The notes under the pieces are model-generated. The model had not been told where the DNA came from. It saw only the letters and a program-made list of their open reading frames with translations, and searched no databases. A stretch of 49,784 bases of DNA, from contig DWXX01000080.1 in the NCBI GenBank assembly GCA_019118985.1, positions 1 to 49,784 on the forward strand, read 5' to 3'. This DNA comes from Candidatus Faecalibacterium faecipullorum. Lineage in GTDB: Bacteria > Bacillota > Clostridia > Oscillospirales > Ruminococcaceae. Shown in pieces: positions 17,525 to 27,712 of this stretch. The stretch's first letter is position 1. Each line of letters begins with the position of its first letter. The translations under genes were made by a program, and so were the position numbers.

Positions 17525-17553
17525 TTGCCATTCCCGCGGCGCTGTGCTATACT
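17525..17553 (+). promoter_or_regulatory. SigA promoter of the ruvCAB operon
   Basis: TTGCCA-17 bp-TATACT with TG extension. Confidence 0.75.
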
Positions 17554-17611
17554 ATTACAGTATATCCATTGATATTGCGCGCAGAAAGGCGCGCGGAAAG
17601 GCGGGCGGCAG

Positions 17612-18124
17612 GTGAGAGTTCTGGGCATCGACCCCGGCTATGCCATCGTGGGCTGGGGGGTGGTGGAATATGCGGGCAACCGCTTTGCGCCGGTGGACTA
17701 CGGCGCGGTGACCACCGCGGCGCACAGCCCCTTCGAGGTGCGGCTCGCCGAGGTCTACGACGGCGTGGCCGAGGTCATCCGCCGCACCCGGCCCGAGGCC
17801 CTCGCCATCGAGAAGCTGTTCTACCAGCACAACCAGACCACCGTCATCGGGGTGGCCGAGGCGCGGGGGGTCATCCTGCTGGCGGCCGCCCAGGCGGGGC
17901 TGCCCGTCTTTGAGTATACCCCCATGCAGGTCAAACAGGCCGTCACCGGCTACGGCAAGGCGGTCAAAAAGCAGGTGCAGGAGATGACCCGCATCCTGCT
18001 GCATCTGCCCGCCGTCCCAAAGCCCGACGACACCGCCGACGCGCTGGCCATGGCCATCACCTTCTGCCACACCAGCGCAAACCAGCTGACGCGGCTGACG
18101 GTGCGGGGCCCCGGGCCCATCTGA
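17612..18124 (+). CDS. ruvC: Holliday junction resolvase RuvC
   Basis: VLGIDPG, AIEKLF, EARGVILL, YTPMQVKQAVTGYG.A.K.QV, DDTADALA; GTG start. Confidence 0.96.
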   Translation: MRVLGIDPGYAIVGWGVVEYAGNRFAPVDYGAVTTAAHSPFEVRLAEVYDGVAEVIRRTRPEALAIEKLFYQHNQTTVIGVAEARGVILLAAAQAGLPVFEYTPMQVKQAVTGYGKAVKKQVQEMTRILLHLPAVPKPDDTADALAMAITFCHTSANQLTRLTVRGPGPI

Positions 18125-18160
18125 CCGCCGGCGCGGCCTTTATCTTGAACGGAGCGTGCT

Positions 18161-18769
18161 ATGATCTATTGCCTGAGCGGTAAAGTCGTCAAAAAGACCC
18201 TGGACAGCGTGGTCATCTCCTGCGCGGGGGTGGGCTACCGCGCCCAGTGCCCGGCCAGCGTCGCCGCCGCTTTGCCCGGCGCCGGGGCCGAGGCCACCCT
18301 CTACACCGTGATGAACGTCACCGACAGCGACGTCAGCCTCTACGGCTTCGCCACCGAGGAGCAGCAGACCTGCTTTGAGCTGCTGACCGGCGTGTCGGGG
18401 GTGGGGCCGAAAGCGGGGCTCGCCATCCTCAGCGTCATGGAGCCGCAGCGGGTCTACCTGGCCGTCTCGGCGGGGGACCACAAGGCCTTCAAGGCCGCCA
18501 GCGGCGTCGGGCCCAAGCTGGCGCAGCGGATCGTGCTGGAACTGAAAGACAAAGTGGCCAAGGGCGCGGCCGGGGACGCCGTGCTGGAGGACCTGGCCGG
18601 GGTGCAGACGGCGTCTGCCGGCGCGGCCAGCGGCCAGGCCATCGCGGCGCTGGTCAGCCTGGGCTACAGCCAGAGCGAGGCCGCGGTGGCCATTTCCAAA
18701 ATAGACCCCGCGCTGCCGGTGGAGGAGATCATCCGCCAGGCGCTGCGCGGGATGGCAGGGGGGCGTTAA
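18161..18769 (+). CDS. ruvA: Holliday junction branch migration protein RuvA
   Basis: GVGY, LYGF, VSGVGPKAGLAILS, GVGPKLAQRIVLELKDK, ALVSLGY. Confidence 0.96.
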   Translation: MIYCLSGKVVKKTLDSVVISCAGVGYRAQCPASVAAALPGAGAEATLYTVMNVTDSDVSLYGFATEEQQTCFELLTGVSGVGPKAGLAILSVMEPQRVYLAVSAGDHKAFKAASGVGPKLAQRIVLELKDKVAKGAAGDAVLEDLAGVQTASAGAASGQAIAALVSLGYSQSEAAVAISKIDPALPVEEIIRQALRGMAGGR

Positions 18770-18772
18770 ACC

Positions 18773-19825
18773 ATGCAGGACCAGACTCTCTACGGCGCGC
18801 AGATGATGCAGCCCGGCCTGACCGCCGCCGACAGCGAAGAAAATACCCTCCGCCCCCAGCGCCTCGAGGATTACATCGGGCAGGAGAAGGTCAAGCAGAA
18901 CCTGAAAGTCTACCTCGAGGCGGCCCGCCGCCGGGGCGAGCCGATGGACCACGTCCTGCTCTACGGCCCGCCGGGCCTGGGCAAGACGACCCTGGCCGGC
19001 ATCATCGCCAACGAGATGGGGGTGCAGATACGGATCACCTCCGGCCCCGCCATCGAAAAGCCGGGGGACCTGGCCGCCCTGCTGACCAACCTGCAGGAAG
19101 GGGACGTGCTGTTCATCGACGAGATACACCGGCTGTCCCGCCAGGTGGAGGAGGTGCTCTACCCCGCGCTGGAGGACTACGCCCTCGACATCATCATCGG
19201 CAAGGGGCCCAGCGCCCAGAGCATCCGGATCAACCTGCCCCGCTTTACGCTGGTGGGGGCCACCACCCGCGCCGGGCAGCTGACCGGGCCGCTGCGCGAC
19301 CGCTTCGGCGTGCTGCTCAAGCTGGAGCTGTACAGCCCCGACGAGCTGGCCCGCATCATCAGCCGGTCGGCCGGCATCCTCGACCAGCCCATCACCCCCG
19401 AGGGCGCTCTCGAGCTGGCCAAGCGCAGCCGCGGCACCCCCCGGGTGGCCAACCGCTTTTTGAAGCGTGTGCGGGACTTCGCCACCGTTCTGGGGGACGG
19501 CGTCATCGACCGGGACGTCTGCCTGATGGCCCTGCGCCGGATGGACGTCGACGCTTTGGGCCTGGACGAGCTGGACCGCAGCCTGCTGCGGGCCATCATC
19601 GAGATGTACGGCGGCGGGCCGGTGGGCCTTGAGACCCTGGCCGCGGCCCTCGGCGAAGAGGCGGTCACCCTCGAGGACCTGTGCGAGCCGTATCTGATGC
19701 AGATGGGCTTTCTGACCCGGACCCCGCGGGGCCGCTGCGTCACCCACCTGGCCTACGAGCATCTGGGGATGCGCCCGCCCGAATCTGACGACGGGGCGGA
19801 CAGCGGGCAGCAGACCATGTTCTGA
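18773..19825 (+). CDS. ruvB: Holliday junction DNA helicase RuvB
   Basis: [50 protein letters not shown]. Confidence 0.97.
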   Translation: MQDQTLYGAQMMQPGLTAADSEENTLRPQRLEDYIGQEKVKQNLKVYLEAARRRGEPMDHVLLYGPPGLGKTTLAGIIANEMGVQIRITSGPAIEKPGDLAALLTNLQEGDVLFIDEIHRLSRQVEEVLYPALEDYALDIIIGKGPSAQSIRINLPRFTLVGATTRAGQLTGPLRDRFGVLLKLELYSPDELARIISRSAGILDQPITPEGALELAKRSRGTPRVANRFLKRVRDFATVLGDGVIDRDVCLMALRRMDVDALGLDELDRSLLRAIIEMYGGGPVGLETLAAALGEEAVTLEDLCEPYLMQMGFLTRTPRGRCVTHLAYEHLGMRPPESDDGADSGQQTMF

Positions 19826-19915
19826 GCCGATAAGCATATAGATAGAGAGGGAACAGCACCCCCGCCGCGCCCTGCGGCCCGGGGTGATGCGATAGAAAGC
19901 AATAGAAGGGAACTG

Positions 19916-21277
19916 ATGGTTATGGGAAAGTATTTTGGGACCGATGGCGTCCGCGGCATCGCCGGCGCCGATCTGACCTGTGAGCTGGCCATGAAGCTGG
20001 GCCGCGGGGTGGCCGCCGTCCTGACCGACGGCAGCGGCCGCCGGCCCCGCATCCTGATCGGCAAGGACACCCGCCAGTCCGGCGATATGCTGGAGGCCGC
20101 GCTGACCGCCGGCCTGTGCAGCGTGGGCGCCGACGTCGAGGCGCTGGGCGTCCTGCCCACCCCGGCGGTGGCCTACCTGGTCACCCGGTACAAGGCGGAC
20201 GCGGGGGTGGTCATCTCGGCCTCCCACAACCCGATGGAGTTCAACGGCATCAAGGTGTTCGCCTCCACCGGCTACAAACTGCCCGACGAGGTGGAAGCGC
20301 AGATCGAAGCCCACATCGACAATGACTGCGCCGGCATCCCCCTGGCCGTCGGGGCCGGGGTGGGGCAGGTGTCCTTCCGCTCCGACGGGCTGCGGGACTA
20401 CGTCGACCACCTGTACGAGTCGGTCGGCGGGGACCTGACCGGCCTGAACATCTGCATCGACTGCGCCAACGGCGCGGCGGCGGCTGCGGCGCAGAAGCTG
20501 TTCCCCCGGCTGGGGGCCAAATGCACCTTCCTTGGCGTCACCCCGGACGGCAAGAACATCAACGACGGGGTGGGCAGCACCCACCTGGAAAAGCTGGAAC
20601 AGGCGGTGGTCGCGGGCGGCTACGACTGCGGCATCGCCTTCGACGGGGACGCCGACCGCTGCCTTGCCTGCGACGAGCTGGGCCATGAGATCGACGGCGA
20701 CAAGATCATCGCGCTGCTGTCCATGGATATGCGGGCGCGGGGCGAGCTGGACGCCGACACCGCGGTGGTGACGGTGATGTCCAACCTCGGCTTTGTTAAG
20801 TTCATGGAGGGGCAGGGCATCCGCACCGAAAAGACCGCCGTGGGCGACCGCTACGTCCTTGAGAATATGCGGGAGCACGGCTACGCCATCGGCGGCGAGC
20901 AGAGCGGCCACGTCATATTGCTGCACCACGCCACCACCGGCGACGGCGAGCTGACCGCCGGCAAGCTGCTGCGGCTGCTGGCGGCAAGCGGCAAAAAGAT
21001 GAGCGAGCTGAACGGCATCTACGCCCAGTTCCCCCAGGTGCTGGTCAATGTGGCGGCAAACGCCGCCCAGAAGGCCGCCTACAAGGAGGACGAGGTGCTG
21101 GCCGGCTTCATCGAGAACGAACAGCAGAAACTGATGGGGATGGGCCGGGTGCTGGTCCGTGTGTCGGGCACCGAGCCCAAGATCCGCGTCATGGTGGAGG
21201 GGCAGGACCTCGACGCCATCCACGCCTGCGCCGAGCGGATCGTGAACGAGATCGACCGCCGCATCCTCAAGCGGTAA
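19916..21277 (+). CDS. glmM: Phosphoglucosamine mutase
   Basis: KYFGTDGVRG, ISASHNP, FDGDADR, GGEQSGH, RVSGTEP. Start could be 19922. Confidence 0.95.
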   Translation: MVMGKYFGTDGVRGIAGADLTCELAMKLGRGVAAVLTDGSGRRPRILIGKDTRQSGDMLEAALTAGLCSVGADVEALGVLPTPAVAYLVTRYKADAGVVISASHNPMEFNGIKVFASTGYKLPDEVEAQIEAHIDNDCAGIPLAVGAGVGQVSFRSDGLRDYVDHLYESVGGDLTGLNICIDCANGAAAAAAQKLFPRLGAKCTFLGVTPDGKNINDGVGSTHLEKLEQAVVAGGYDCGIAFDGDADRCLACDELGHEIDGDKIIALLSMDMRARGELDADTAVVTVMSNLGFVKFMEGQGIRTEKTAVGDRYVLENMREHGYAIGGEQSGHVILLHHATTGDGELTAGKLLRLLAASGKKMSELNGIYAQFPQVLVNVAANAAQKAAYKEDEVLAGFIENEQQKLMGMGRVLVRVSGTEPKIRVMVEGQDLDAIHACAERIVNEIDRRILKR

Positions 21278-21304
21278 ACAGAGGCAAACGGAAAGGGCAG
21301 ACCC

Positions 21305-22183
21305 ATGAGAGCAGCTGACAGCTGGAAGGATTATGAATTACTGGACGCCACCGGGGGCAACCGGCTGGAGCGGTGGGGCAGCGCCCTGCTGGTCCGCCCC
21401 GACCCCCAGGTGGTGTGGAAGACAAGGCCCCTCAGCCCCCTGTGGGCCAAAGCCGACGCGGTCTACCACCGCTCCCGCCAGGGGGGCGGCAGTTGGGAGT
21501 ACCGCCGCCCCCTGCCTGAGCGCTGGCAGATCCACTGCGGCGAGGGGGACGGCCGGCTGACCCTCATCGTCAGCCCCACCGGCTTCAAGCACACCGGCGT
21601 CTTCCCCGAGCAGGCGGTCAACTGGGCCTGGTACGGCCGCAAGATAGGCGCGGCCGGGCGGCCGGTGCGGGTGCTCAACCTGTTCGGCTACACCGGCGGG
21701 GCCACCCTGGCCTGCGCTGCGGCCGGCGCGTCGGTCTGCCACGTCGACGCCTCCAAGGGGATGGTGCAGTGGGGCAAGGAGAACGCCGCCGCCAGCGGCC
21801 TGGCCGGCCGGCCCATCCGCTGGCTGGTGGACGACTGCTCCAAGTTCGTCGCGCGGGAAAAGCGCCGCGGCAGCAGCTACGACGCCATCATCATGGACCC
21901 GCCCAGCTACGGCCGGGGCCCCGGGGGCGAGGTGTGGAAGCTGGAGGACTGTATCTACGACCTGATCTGCCAGTGCGCCGAGGTGCTCAGCGACACGCCC
22001 CTCTTCTTTGCGGTCAACAGCTACACCGCGGGGCTGTCGCCGGCGGTGATGGAGTATATCCTCAGGACCACCCTGACGCCCCGCTTCGGCGGCGTAACCA
22101 GCTGCGACGAGATCGGCCTGCCGGTCACCGCCACCGGCGGGGTGGTGCCCTGCGGCTCCACCGCCATCTGGGAGCAGCCGTGA
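21305..22183 (+). CDS. Class I SAM-dependent methyltransferase (RlmI/RlmK-like, probably RNA)
   Basis: FKHTGVFPEQA.NW, VLNLFGYTGG, HVDAS, DPPSYG. Confidence 0.85.
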   Translation: MRAADSWKDYELLDATGGNRLERWGSALLVRPDPQVVWKTRPLSPLWAKADAVYHRSRQGGGSWEYRRPLPERWQIHCGEGDGRLTLIVSPTGFKHTGVFPEQAVNWAWYGRKIGAAGRPVRVLNLFGYTGGATLACAAAGASVCHVDASKGMVQWGKENAAASGLAGRPIRWLVDDCSKFVAREKRRGSSYDAIIMDPPSYGRGPGGEVWKLEDCIYDLICQCAEVLSDTPLFFAVNSYTAGLSPAVMEYILRTTLTPRFGGVTSCDEIGLPVTATGGVVPCGSTAIWEQP

Positions 22184-22250
22184 CCACCCATACAGAGCAT
22201 GGGGCGCAGCCCGGCACCGGACGGGCGCGCCACCTGGAAAGAGACTGAAC

Positions 22251-23090
22251 ATGAATGAAATGATCCTGGAGGCAAAAGACCTCCATTTCCGCTACGACCC
22301 GGACGGGTCGGCCTGGGCGCTGGACGGGGTGACCACCCGGGTGCGCCGGGGCGAGTTTGTGGCGGTGCTGGGGGCCAACGGCTGCGGCAAGAGCACCCTG
22401 GCCAAGCACTTCAACGCCATCCTGCTGCCCGAACAGGGCGCCGTCACCGTCGAGGGGATGGACACCGCCGACGACGACAAGCTCTACGACATCCGCCAGA
22501 AGGTGGGGATGGTCTTTCAGAACCCGGACAACCAGATCGTCGCCACCGTGGTGGAGGAGGACGTGGCCTTCGCCCTGGAAAACCTGGGCGTGCCCACCCC
22601 CGAGATGCGCCGCCGCATCGACGACGCCATGAAGATGACCGGCATCTATGAGCTGCGCCACCGCGCCCCCCACAACCTCTCGGGCGGGCAGAAGCAGCGG
22701 GTGGCCATCGCCGGCATCGTGGCCATGAGCCCCGACTGCATCGTGTTGGACGAGGCCACCGCCATGCTCGACCCCCGCGGGCGGGAGCAGGTCATGCAGA
22801 CCATCCACCGCCTCAACCGGGATATGGGCATCACGGTGGTGGCCATCACCCACTATATGGAGGAGGCCGCCCGGGCCGACCGGGTCATCGTCATGAGCCG
22901 GGGCCGCATCGTCATGGAGGGCACCCCCACCGAGGTGTTCAGCCGGACGGAGGAAGTCCGCGCGCTCCACCTCGACGTGCCCCAGGCCGCCGAGCTGCGG
23001 GACGAGCTGGTCAAGGCCGGCATCCCCATGTCCGAGGGCATCATCGACCCGGGGGCCTGCGCACAGGCCCTCTATGAGCTGCTCAAGTGA
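22251..23090 (+). CDS. ecfA1: ECF transporter ATPase A1
   Basis: [37 protein letters not shown]. Confidence 0.93.
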   Translation: MNEMILEAKDLHFRYDPDGSAWALDGVTTRVRRGEFVAVLGANGCGKSTLAKHFNAILLPEQGAVTVEGMDTADDDKLYDIRQKVGMVFQNPDNQIVATVVEEDVAFALENLGVPTPEMRRRIDDAMKMTGIYELRHRAPHNLSGGQKQRVAIAGIVAMSPDCIVLDEATAMLDPRGREQVMQTIHRLNRDMGITVVAITHYMEEAARADRVIVMSRGRIVMEGTPTEVFSRTEEVRALHLDVPQAAELRDELVKAGIPMSEGIIDPGACAQALYELLK

Positions 23091-23103
23091 GGGGAGGGCG
23101 GAT

Positions 23104-24048
23104 ATGGCAAGCATCATCAAGGTAGAGGACCTGTCCTACGTCTACAACCCCGGCATGCCCGGCGCGGTGACCGCCCTCGAGCACGTCAGCTTCGAGGTGG
23201 AAGAAGGGGACTTCGTCGGCATCATCGGGGCCACCGGCTCGGGCAAGAGCACCCTCATCGGCCATATGAACGGCCTGAACAGGCCCACCAGCGGCCGCAT
23301 TGTGATCGACGGGCGGGACGTCTGGGCCGACCCGTCCAAAATACGGGACTTCCGCTTTCTGACCGGGCTGGTCTTCCAGTACCCGGAGTATCAGCTGTTT
23401 GAAGAGACCTGCTACAAGGACATCGCCTTCGGGCCCAAAAACATGGGCCTGGACGAGCAGGAGGTGGACCGCCGCGTCCGCGAGGCCGCACGCTTTGTGG
23501 GCCTGGACGAGGCGCTGCTTGACCGCAGCCCCTTCGAGCTGTCGGGCGGGCAGAAGCGGCGGGTGGCGGTGGCCGGCGTTATGGCCATGGAGCCCCGCAT
23601 CCTGGTGCTGGACGAGCCCGCCGCCGGCCTTGACCCCGAAGGGCGGGACTCCATCCTCTCGGCCATCAAGCGGTACCACAAGGACACCGGCACCACCGTG
23701 CTGCTGGTGTCCCACAGCATGGAGGACATCGCCCGCTACGCCGACAAGGTGCTGGTGATGGCGGCCAAGCACGTCGCCATGTACGACACGGTGGAAAACG
23801 TCTTTGCCCGCGCGCAGGAGCTGCTGGCCCTCGGGCTGTCGGTGCCGCAGGTGACCAAGATCTTCTTGAAGCTGCGGCAGATGGGCATCGATGTCCCCGC
23901 CGACGTCTACACCATCCCCTATGCGGTGAAAAAGATCGTCGAGGCCAAGGCCCGCCATGACGCCGGCGAAAGCCTCGAGCTGCCCCGCCCGGCCGGCGCG
24001 CCGCAGCCAAAACAGCCCGAACGGCAGGAAGGGGGCGCAGCCGAATGA
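23104..24048 (+). CDS. ecfA2: ECF transporter ATPase A2
   Basis: GATGSGKST, VFQYPEYQLFEET, SPFELSGGQKRR, LDEPAAGLDP. Start ATG 23104 after GGAGG. Confidence 0.93.
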   Translation: MASIIKVEDLSYVYNPGMPGAVTALEHVSFEVEEGDFVGIIGATGSGKSTLIGHMNGLNRPTSGRIVIDGRDVWADPSKIRDFRFLTGLVFQYPEYQLFEETCYKDIAFGPKNMGLDEQEVDRRVREAARFVGLDEALLDRSPFELSGGQKRRVAVAGVMAMEPRILVLDEPAAGLDPEGRDSILSAIKRYHKDTGTTVLLVSHSMEDIARYADKVLVMAAKHVAMYDTVENVFARAQELLALGLSVPQVTKIFLKLRQMGIDVPADVYTIPYAVKKIVEAKARHDAGESLELPRPAGAPQPKQPERQEGGAAE

Positions 24049-24860
24049 TCCGTGACATCACCATCGGGCAGCACTTCCCGGGCAACAGCCTGGTCCACCG
24101 CTTTGACCCGCGGATGAAGCTGGTGCTGACCATTGCCTATATCGCCGTGCTGTTCGCAGCCTCCAACCCGCTGGGGCTGGCGCTGTCGGTCGTCTTTCTG
24201 GGGGCGATGTACGGGGTGGCCAGGATCCCCCTCAAGATGATCCTGCGCAGCCTCAAGCCCATTCTGCCCATCATCCTCTTCACCGCGGTGCTGAACATCT
24301 TCTTTGTCAGCGGCGAGGGGGCGCCCCTTTTCCAGTGGGGGGTTATCTCCATCTACGCCGAGGGGGTCAAGTACGCGGCGGTGATGGCGGTGCGGGTGGC
24401 CGCCCTGATCGCAGGGTCCAGCCTTTTGACCTACACCACCAGCCCCATCGTCCTGACCGACGCCATCGAGGCGCTGCTGCGCCCGCTGAACAGGCTGCAC
24501 TTCCCGGTGCACGAACTGGCCATGATGATGAGCATCGCCCTGCGGTTCATCCCCACCCTGATCGAGGAGACCGACAAGATCATGAACGCCCAGAAGGCCC
24601 GCGGCGCCATGCTGGACACCGGCAAGCTGACCGACCGGGTCAAGGCGCTGGTGCCGGTGCTGATCCCGCTGTTCATCTCGGCCTTCCGCCGCGCCGACGA
24701 GCTGGCCATGGCCATGGAGTGCCGCTGCTACCGCGGGGGCGAGGGGCGCACCCGGCTCAAGGTGCTGCGCTGCTGCGGGCAGGACTATATCGACCTTGCG
24801 TTCTGCATCCTCTGCTTTGGGGTGATCCTGGCCTCGCGGCTGGTCTTCCCTGATTTCTGA
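24045..24860 (+). CDS. ecfT: ECF transporter transmembrane T component
   Basis: DPRMK, ALRFIPTL, AQKARG, AMECRCY (two conserved Arg motifs). Confidence 0.93.
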   Translation: MIRDITIGQHFPGNSLVHRFDPRMKLVLTIAYIAVLFAASNPLGLALSVVFLGAMYGVARIPLKMILRSLKPILPIILFTAVLNIFFVSGEGAPLFQWGVISIYAEGVKYAAVMAVRVAALIAGSSLLTYTTSPIVLTDAIEALLRPLNRLHFPVHELAMMMSIALRFIPTLIEETDKIMNAQKARGAMLDTGKLTDRVKALVPVLIPLFISAFRRADELAMAMECRCYRGGEGRTRLKVLRCCGQDYIDLAFCILCFGVILASRLVFPDF

Positions 24861-24964
24861 ACGAATACGCCACAGGGCCCCGGGGGCTGCCCCGGCGGCC
24901 CTTTCCCTGTCTTTTCCGCCGTTTCGACGGGGCGGCATGGTATGGTGAAAGGAGGCGCAGCCCC

Positions 24965-25741
24965 ATGACCTGGCTGCTGACATTGGCCTTTGACGGCACA
25001 GAATACTGCGGCTTTCAGGTGCAGCCCAACGGGCGCAGCGTGGCCGCCGCCTTTCAGGACGCGCTGCAGGCGGTGATCGGCCGCCGCCCCGACATCAAGG
25101 GGTGCAGCCGCACCGACGCCGGGGTCCACGCCCTGGGCTTCGCCCTCAGTTTTGAGGCGGAGCTTGGCATCCCGCCCGAAAAGCTGCCCCTGGCCCTGAA
25201 CACCAAACTCCCCCGGGACATCCGGGTGCTGCGGGCCGAGCGGGTGCCCGACGGCTTCCACGCGCGGTACGCCGCCCACACCAAGACCTATCTCTACCGC
25301 ATCCACAACAGCCCCATCGACTCGCCCTTTGAAGAGCGGTACTACTGCCGCATCCCCGGCCGCCTGGACGAGGGGCGGATGCAGCGGGCGGCGGGACACT
25401 TTGTGGGCAGGCACGACTTTCTGGCCCTGTGCGCGGCCCACAGCTCAGCGGCAGCCCACGGGGACACCGTCCGCACCATCACAGACTGCCGGGTCGAGCG
25501 CCGCGGGGACGACCTTGCCATCACCGTGACCGCCGACGGCTACCTGTACAACATGGTGCGCATCCTGGCGGGCACCCTCTGCGAGGCGGGGGCGGGGCGG
25601 CTCGACCCCGACGCCGTGCCCGCCATTCTGGCCAGCCGCGACCGGCGGCGGGCGGGGCCCACCCTGCCGGCCAAGGGGCTGTTCCTGCATCACGTCGACT
25701 ATGGGGGCGCTGCCGCCCCCGGAAAGGAACAAGAGGGATGA
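24965..25741 (+). CDS. truA: tRNA pseudouridine(38-40) synthase
   Basis: FDGTEYCGFQVQPN, SRTDAGVHA, FHARY, GYLYNMVR, GPTLPAKGLFL. Confidence 0.95.
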   Translation: MTWLLTLAFDGTEYCGFQVQPNGRSVAAAFQDALQAVIGRRPDIKGCSRTDAGVHALGFALSFEAELGIPPEKLPLALNTKLPRDIRVLRAERVPDGFHARYAAHTKTYLYRIHNSPIDSPFEERYYCRIPGRLDEGRMQRAAGHFVGRHDFLALCAAHSSAAAHGDTVRTITDCRVERRGDDLAITVTADGYLYNMVRILAGTLCEAGAGRLDPDAVPAILASRDRRRAGPTLPAKGLFLHHVDYGGAAAPGKEQEG

Positions 25742-26940
25742 GAAAGACCGGCCGGAAGGCCCGCAGGGAGGAGATGTCCCCGGGCCGGATCGAATACATC
25801 GAGGCGGCGCGGCAGCGGCTGTACAACCGGCGGCTGCGGCGCACCGCCCTGCTGGTGGCCCTGGTGGCGGCGGTGGTCATCTACCTGACCGGGGTGGTCA
25901 ACACCTCCATCATGGCGCTGGAAGACCTGACCGACACTGTCCGCATCGCGCTGATGCCCGAACAGGGCTTCCCGCAGCAGACCGGCGCGGGGGAGGTCTA
26001 CCAGGCCGAGCAGCTGGGCGGCAGCTTTGTGGTGCTGGGGTCGGAGGGGTGCACTGTCTTTGCAGACAGCGGCGCCCGGCTGAACACGGTGGGCGCCGGC
26101 TACGCCCGCCCGGCGCTGGCGGCGGGGGGCAACAGCTTTGTCCTCTACAGCCGCTCGGGCAGCGAGCTGCGGGTCGAAAGCCGCACCCGCGAGCTGTATA
26201 CCCGGCAGACGGCGGGACATATCTATCTGTGCGCCCTGAGCGATGGGGGCGAGCTGGCGGTGGCCACCGACGACGTGCGCAAGCTGGCCCTGCTGACCGT
26301 CTACGACGCCGCCCGCGAGGAGCTGCTGACCTGGAGCCTGACCACCGCCGAGGGGGTGCCGATGCGGATGGCCTTCTCCCCCGACGGCACCCAGCTGGCG
26401 GTGGCCACCCTCACCGCGCAGGGCGGGGCGGTGGTCTCCAACCTCTACCTGCTCAATCTGCGGGCGGGCGAGCCGCAGCTGCTGGCCGCGGAGGCGGGCA
26501 GCACCCCCCTCGAGCTGGTCTGGCAGTCCAACGCGCGGCTGCTGGCGGTCTACGACAGCCACGCCGCCCTCTACGGGTCGGACGGCGGCGCCCGGGCCCG
26601 CCGGGACTTCGGCGGGGCGCAGACGGCGGCCGTCGCGGCCGAAAACGGCAGCCTGGCCGTCCTGTTCGGGGACGGGCCGTCCAGCGGGGTGCTGCTGACC
26701 GACGGGGAGCTGAACGTCCGCTACGAGGGCGCCGTCCCCTCGGCCCACGGCATCGCCTGCGGCGCAGACGCCTTCTACCTGCTCTGCGACAGCTCGGTGG
26801 AGTGCTTCGGCCTGGACGGCGTCTACCGGTGGAGCTGCCCCCTCGACGCCCGCCCCCAGGCCCTCCTGGCCGGCGAGGGCCTCTACGTCTTTGCCGGCAA
26901 CCTGGTGCAGCGCATCACCCCGCCGGAGGAGGAAGGGTGA
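25738..26940 (+). CDS. Membrane-anchored beta-propeller-like protein (DUF5711-like)
   Basis: ATG 25738 overlaps the truA stop. Basic N-terminus, one TM helix, then repeated beta-strand units (ALSDGGELAV, AFSPDGTQLAV). Confidence 0.7.
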   Translation: MRKTGRKARREEMSPGRIEYIEAARQRLYNRRLRRTALLVALVAAVVIYLTGVVNTSIMALEDLTDTVRIALMPEQGFPQQTGAGEVYQAEQLGGSFVVLGSEGCTVFADSGARLNTVGAGYARPALAAGGNSFVLYSRSGSELRVESRTRELYTRQTAGHIYLCALSDGGELAVATDDVRKLALLTVYDAAREELLTWSLTTAEGVPMRMAFSPDGTQLAVATLTAQGGAVVSNLYLLNLRAGEPQLLAAEAGSTPLELVWQSNARLLAVYDSHAALYGSDGGARARRDFGGAQTAAVAAENGSLAVLFGDGPSSGVLLTDGELNVRYEGAVPSAHGIACGADAFYLLCDSSVECFGLDGVYRWSCPLDARPQALLAGEGLYVFAGNLVQRITPPEEEG

Positions 26941-26945
26941 GAATG

Positions 26946-26972
26946 CTAGCACTCTCCCGCCTTGTCTGATAA
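26946..26972 (+). promoter_or_regulatory. Degenerate CIRCE (HrcA operator)
   Basis: CTAGCACTC-N9-GTCTGATAA vs consensus TTAGCACTC-N9-GAGTGCTAA (8/9 and 6/9, exact 9-bp spacer); upstream of cvpA and a Clp chaperone. Confidence 0.55.
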
Positions 26973-26983
26973 TTTTTTGGTCT

Positions 26984-27679
26984 ATGTTCATGAATCCGTC
27001 ATTTCTTTTTGATATGATGTGTACTGCGGTCTGGCTGGGGCTGGCGGTGCACTATGCCCGCAAGGGGCTGCTGGCTGCGCTGGTGCAGATCGTGGGCAGC
27101 CTGTTCAGCCTGATCGGGGCGCAGCAGGCGGCAGCCTGGGGTTCGGGGGCGCTGTTCGACCGGTTTCTGGCCGGCAGCTTCCGCGAGCGGATCGCTGTCA
27201 GCCTGTCGGCGGGCGGCGCGGTGGACCTGGCCGCCATTGCCGAGCGGTACGCCGGCTTTCTGCCCGAGCCCATCCGCCGGCAGGTGGTGGCCGCCTGCGA
27301 ACAGGCGCTGGCTGGCCTTTTGACCGACAACGTCCTGGTGATGGCCGACACCATCGTGCAGGAGGTCATCCGCCCGCTTTTGACGCCGGTCTTTTCGGTG
27401 GTGCTGTTCTTTCTCTGCTTCGCGGCGCTGCGGATGGTGATCAGCCTGCTGGTCACCGTGCTGGGGCTGGTCAACCGGCTGCCGGTGCTGGGCGCGGTCA
27501 ACCGCGGCTTAGGGCTGGCGGCAGGGGTGGCCGCCGGGCTGGCGGACGTCTTTCTGCTGCTGTGCGTGGTGTGGGCGCTGATCGTCATCACCGGCGGCAA
27601 CCTGCCCGCCCTCAACGAACAGCTGCTGGGCGGCAGCATCTATTACCAGACATTCAGCCGGATCAACCCGTTTTTGTGA
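26984..27679 (+). CDS. CvpA (colicin V production) family membrane protein
   Basis: Hydrophobic profile; RKGLLAAL N-terminal motif; RLPVLGAVNRGLG. Start 26984 or 26990; no clear SD. Confidence 0.75.
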   Translation: MFMNPSFLFDMMCTAVWLGLAVHYARKGLLAALVQIVGSLFSLIGAQQAAAWGSGALFDRFLAGSFRERIAVSLSAGGAVDLAAIAERYAGFLPEPIRRQVVAACEQALAGLLTDNVLVMADTIVQEVIRPLLTPVFSVVLFFLCFAALRMVISLLVTVLGLVNRLPVLGAVNRGLGLAAGVAAGLADVFLLLCVVWALIVITGGNLPALNEQLLGGSIYYQTFSRINPFL

Positions 27680-27712
27680 GGCGGGCGGCTTTGAGATAAA
27701 AGGAGGAACCTT

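Noticed and set aside
18140-21223. Very long antisense ORFs (also 3054-4535, 14952-17324, 27509-30268, 31204-33348, 35925-38117, 44520-46337)
   Set aside because: Shadow frames of well-supported genes, expected in high-GC DNA; no SD or recognisable domains.
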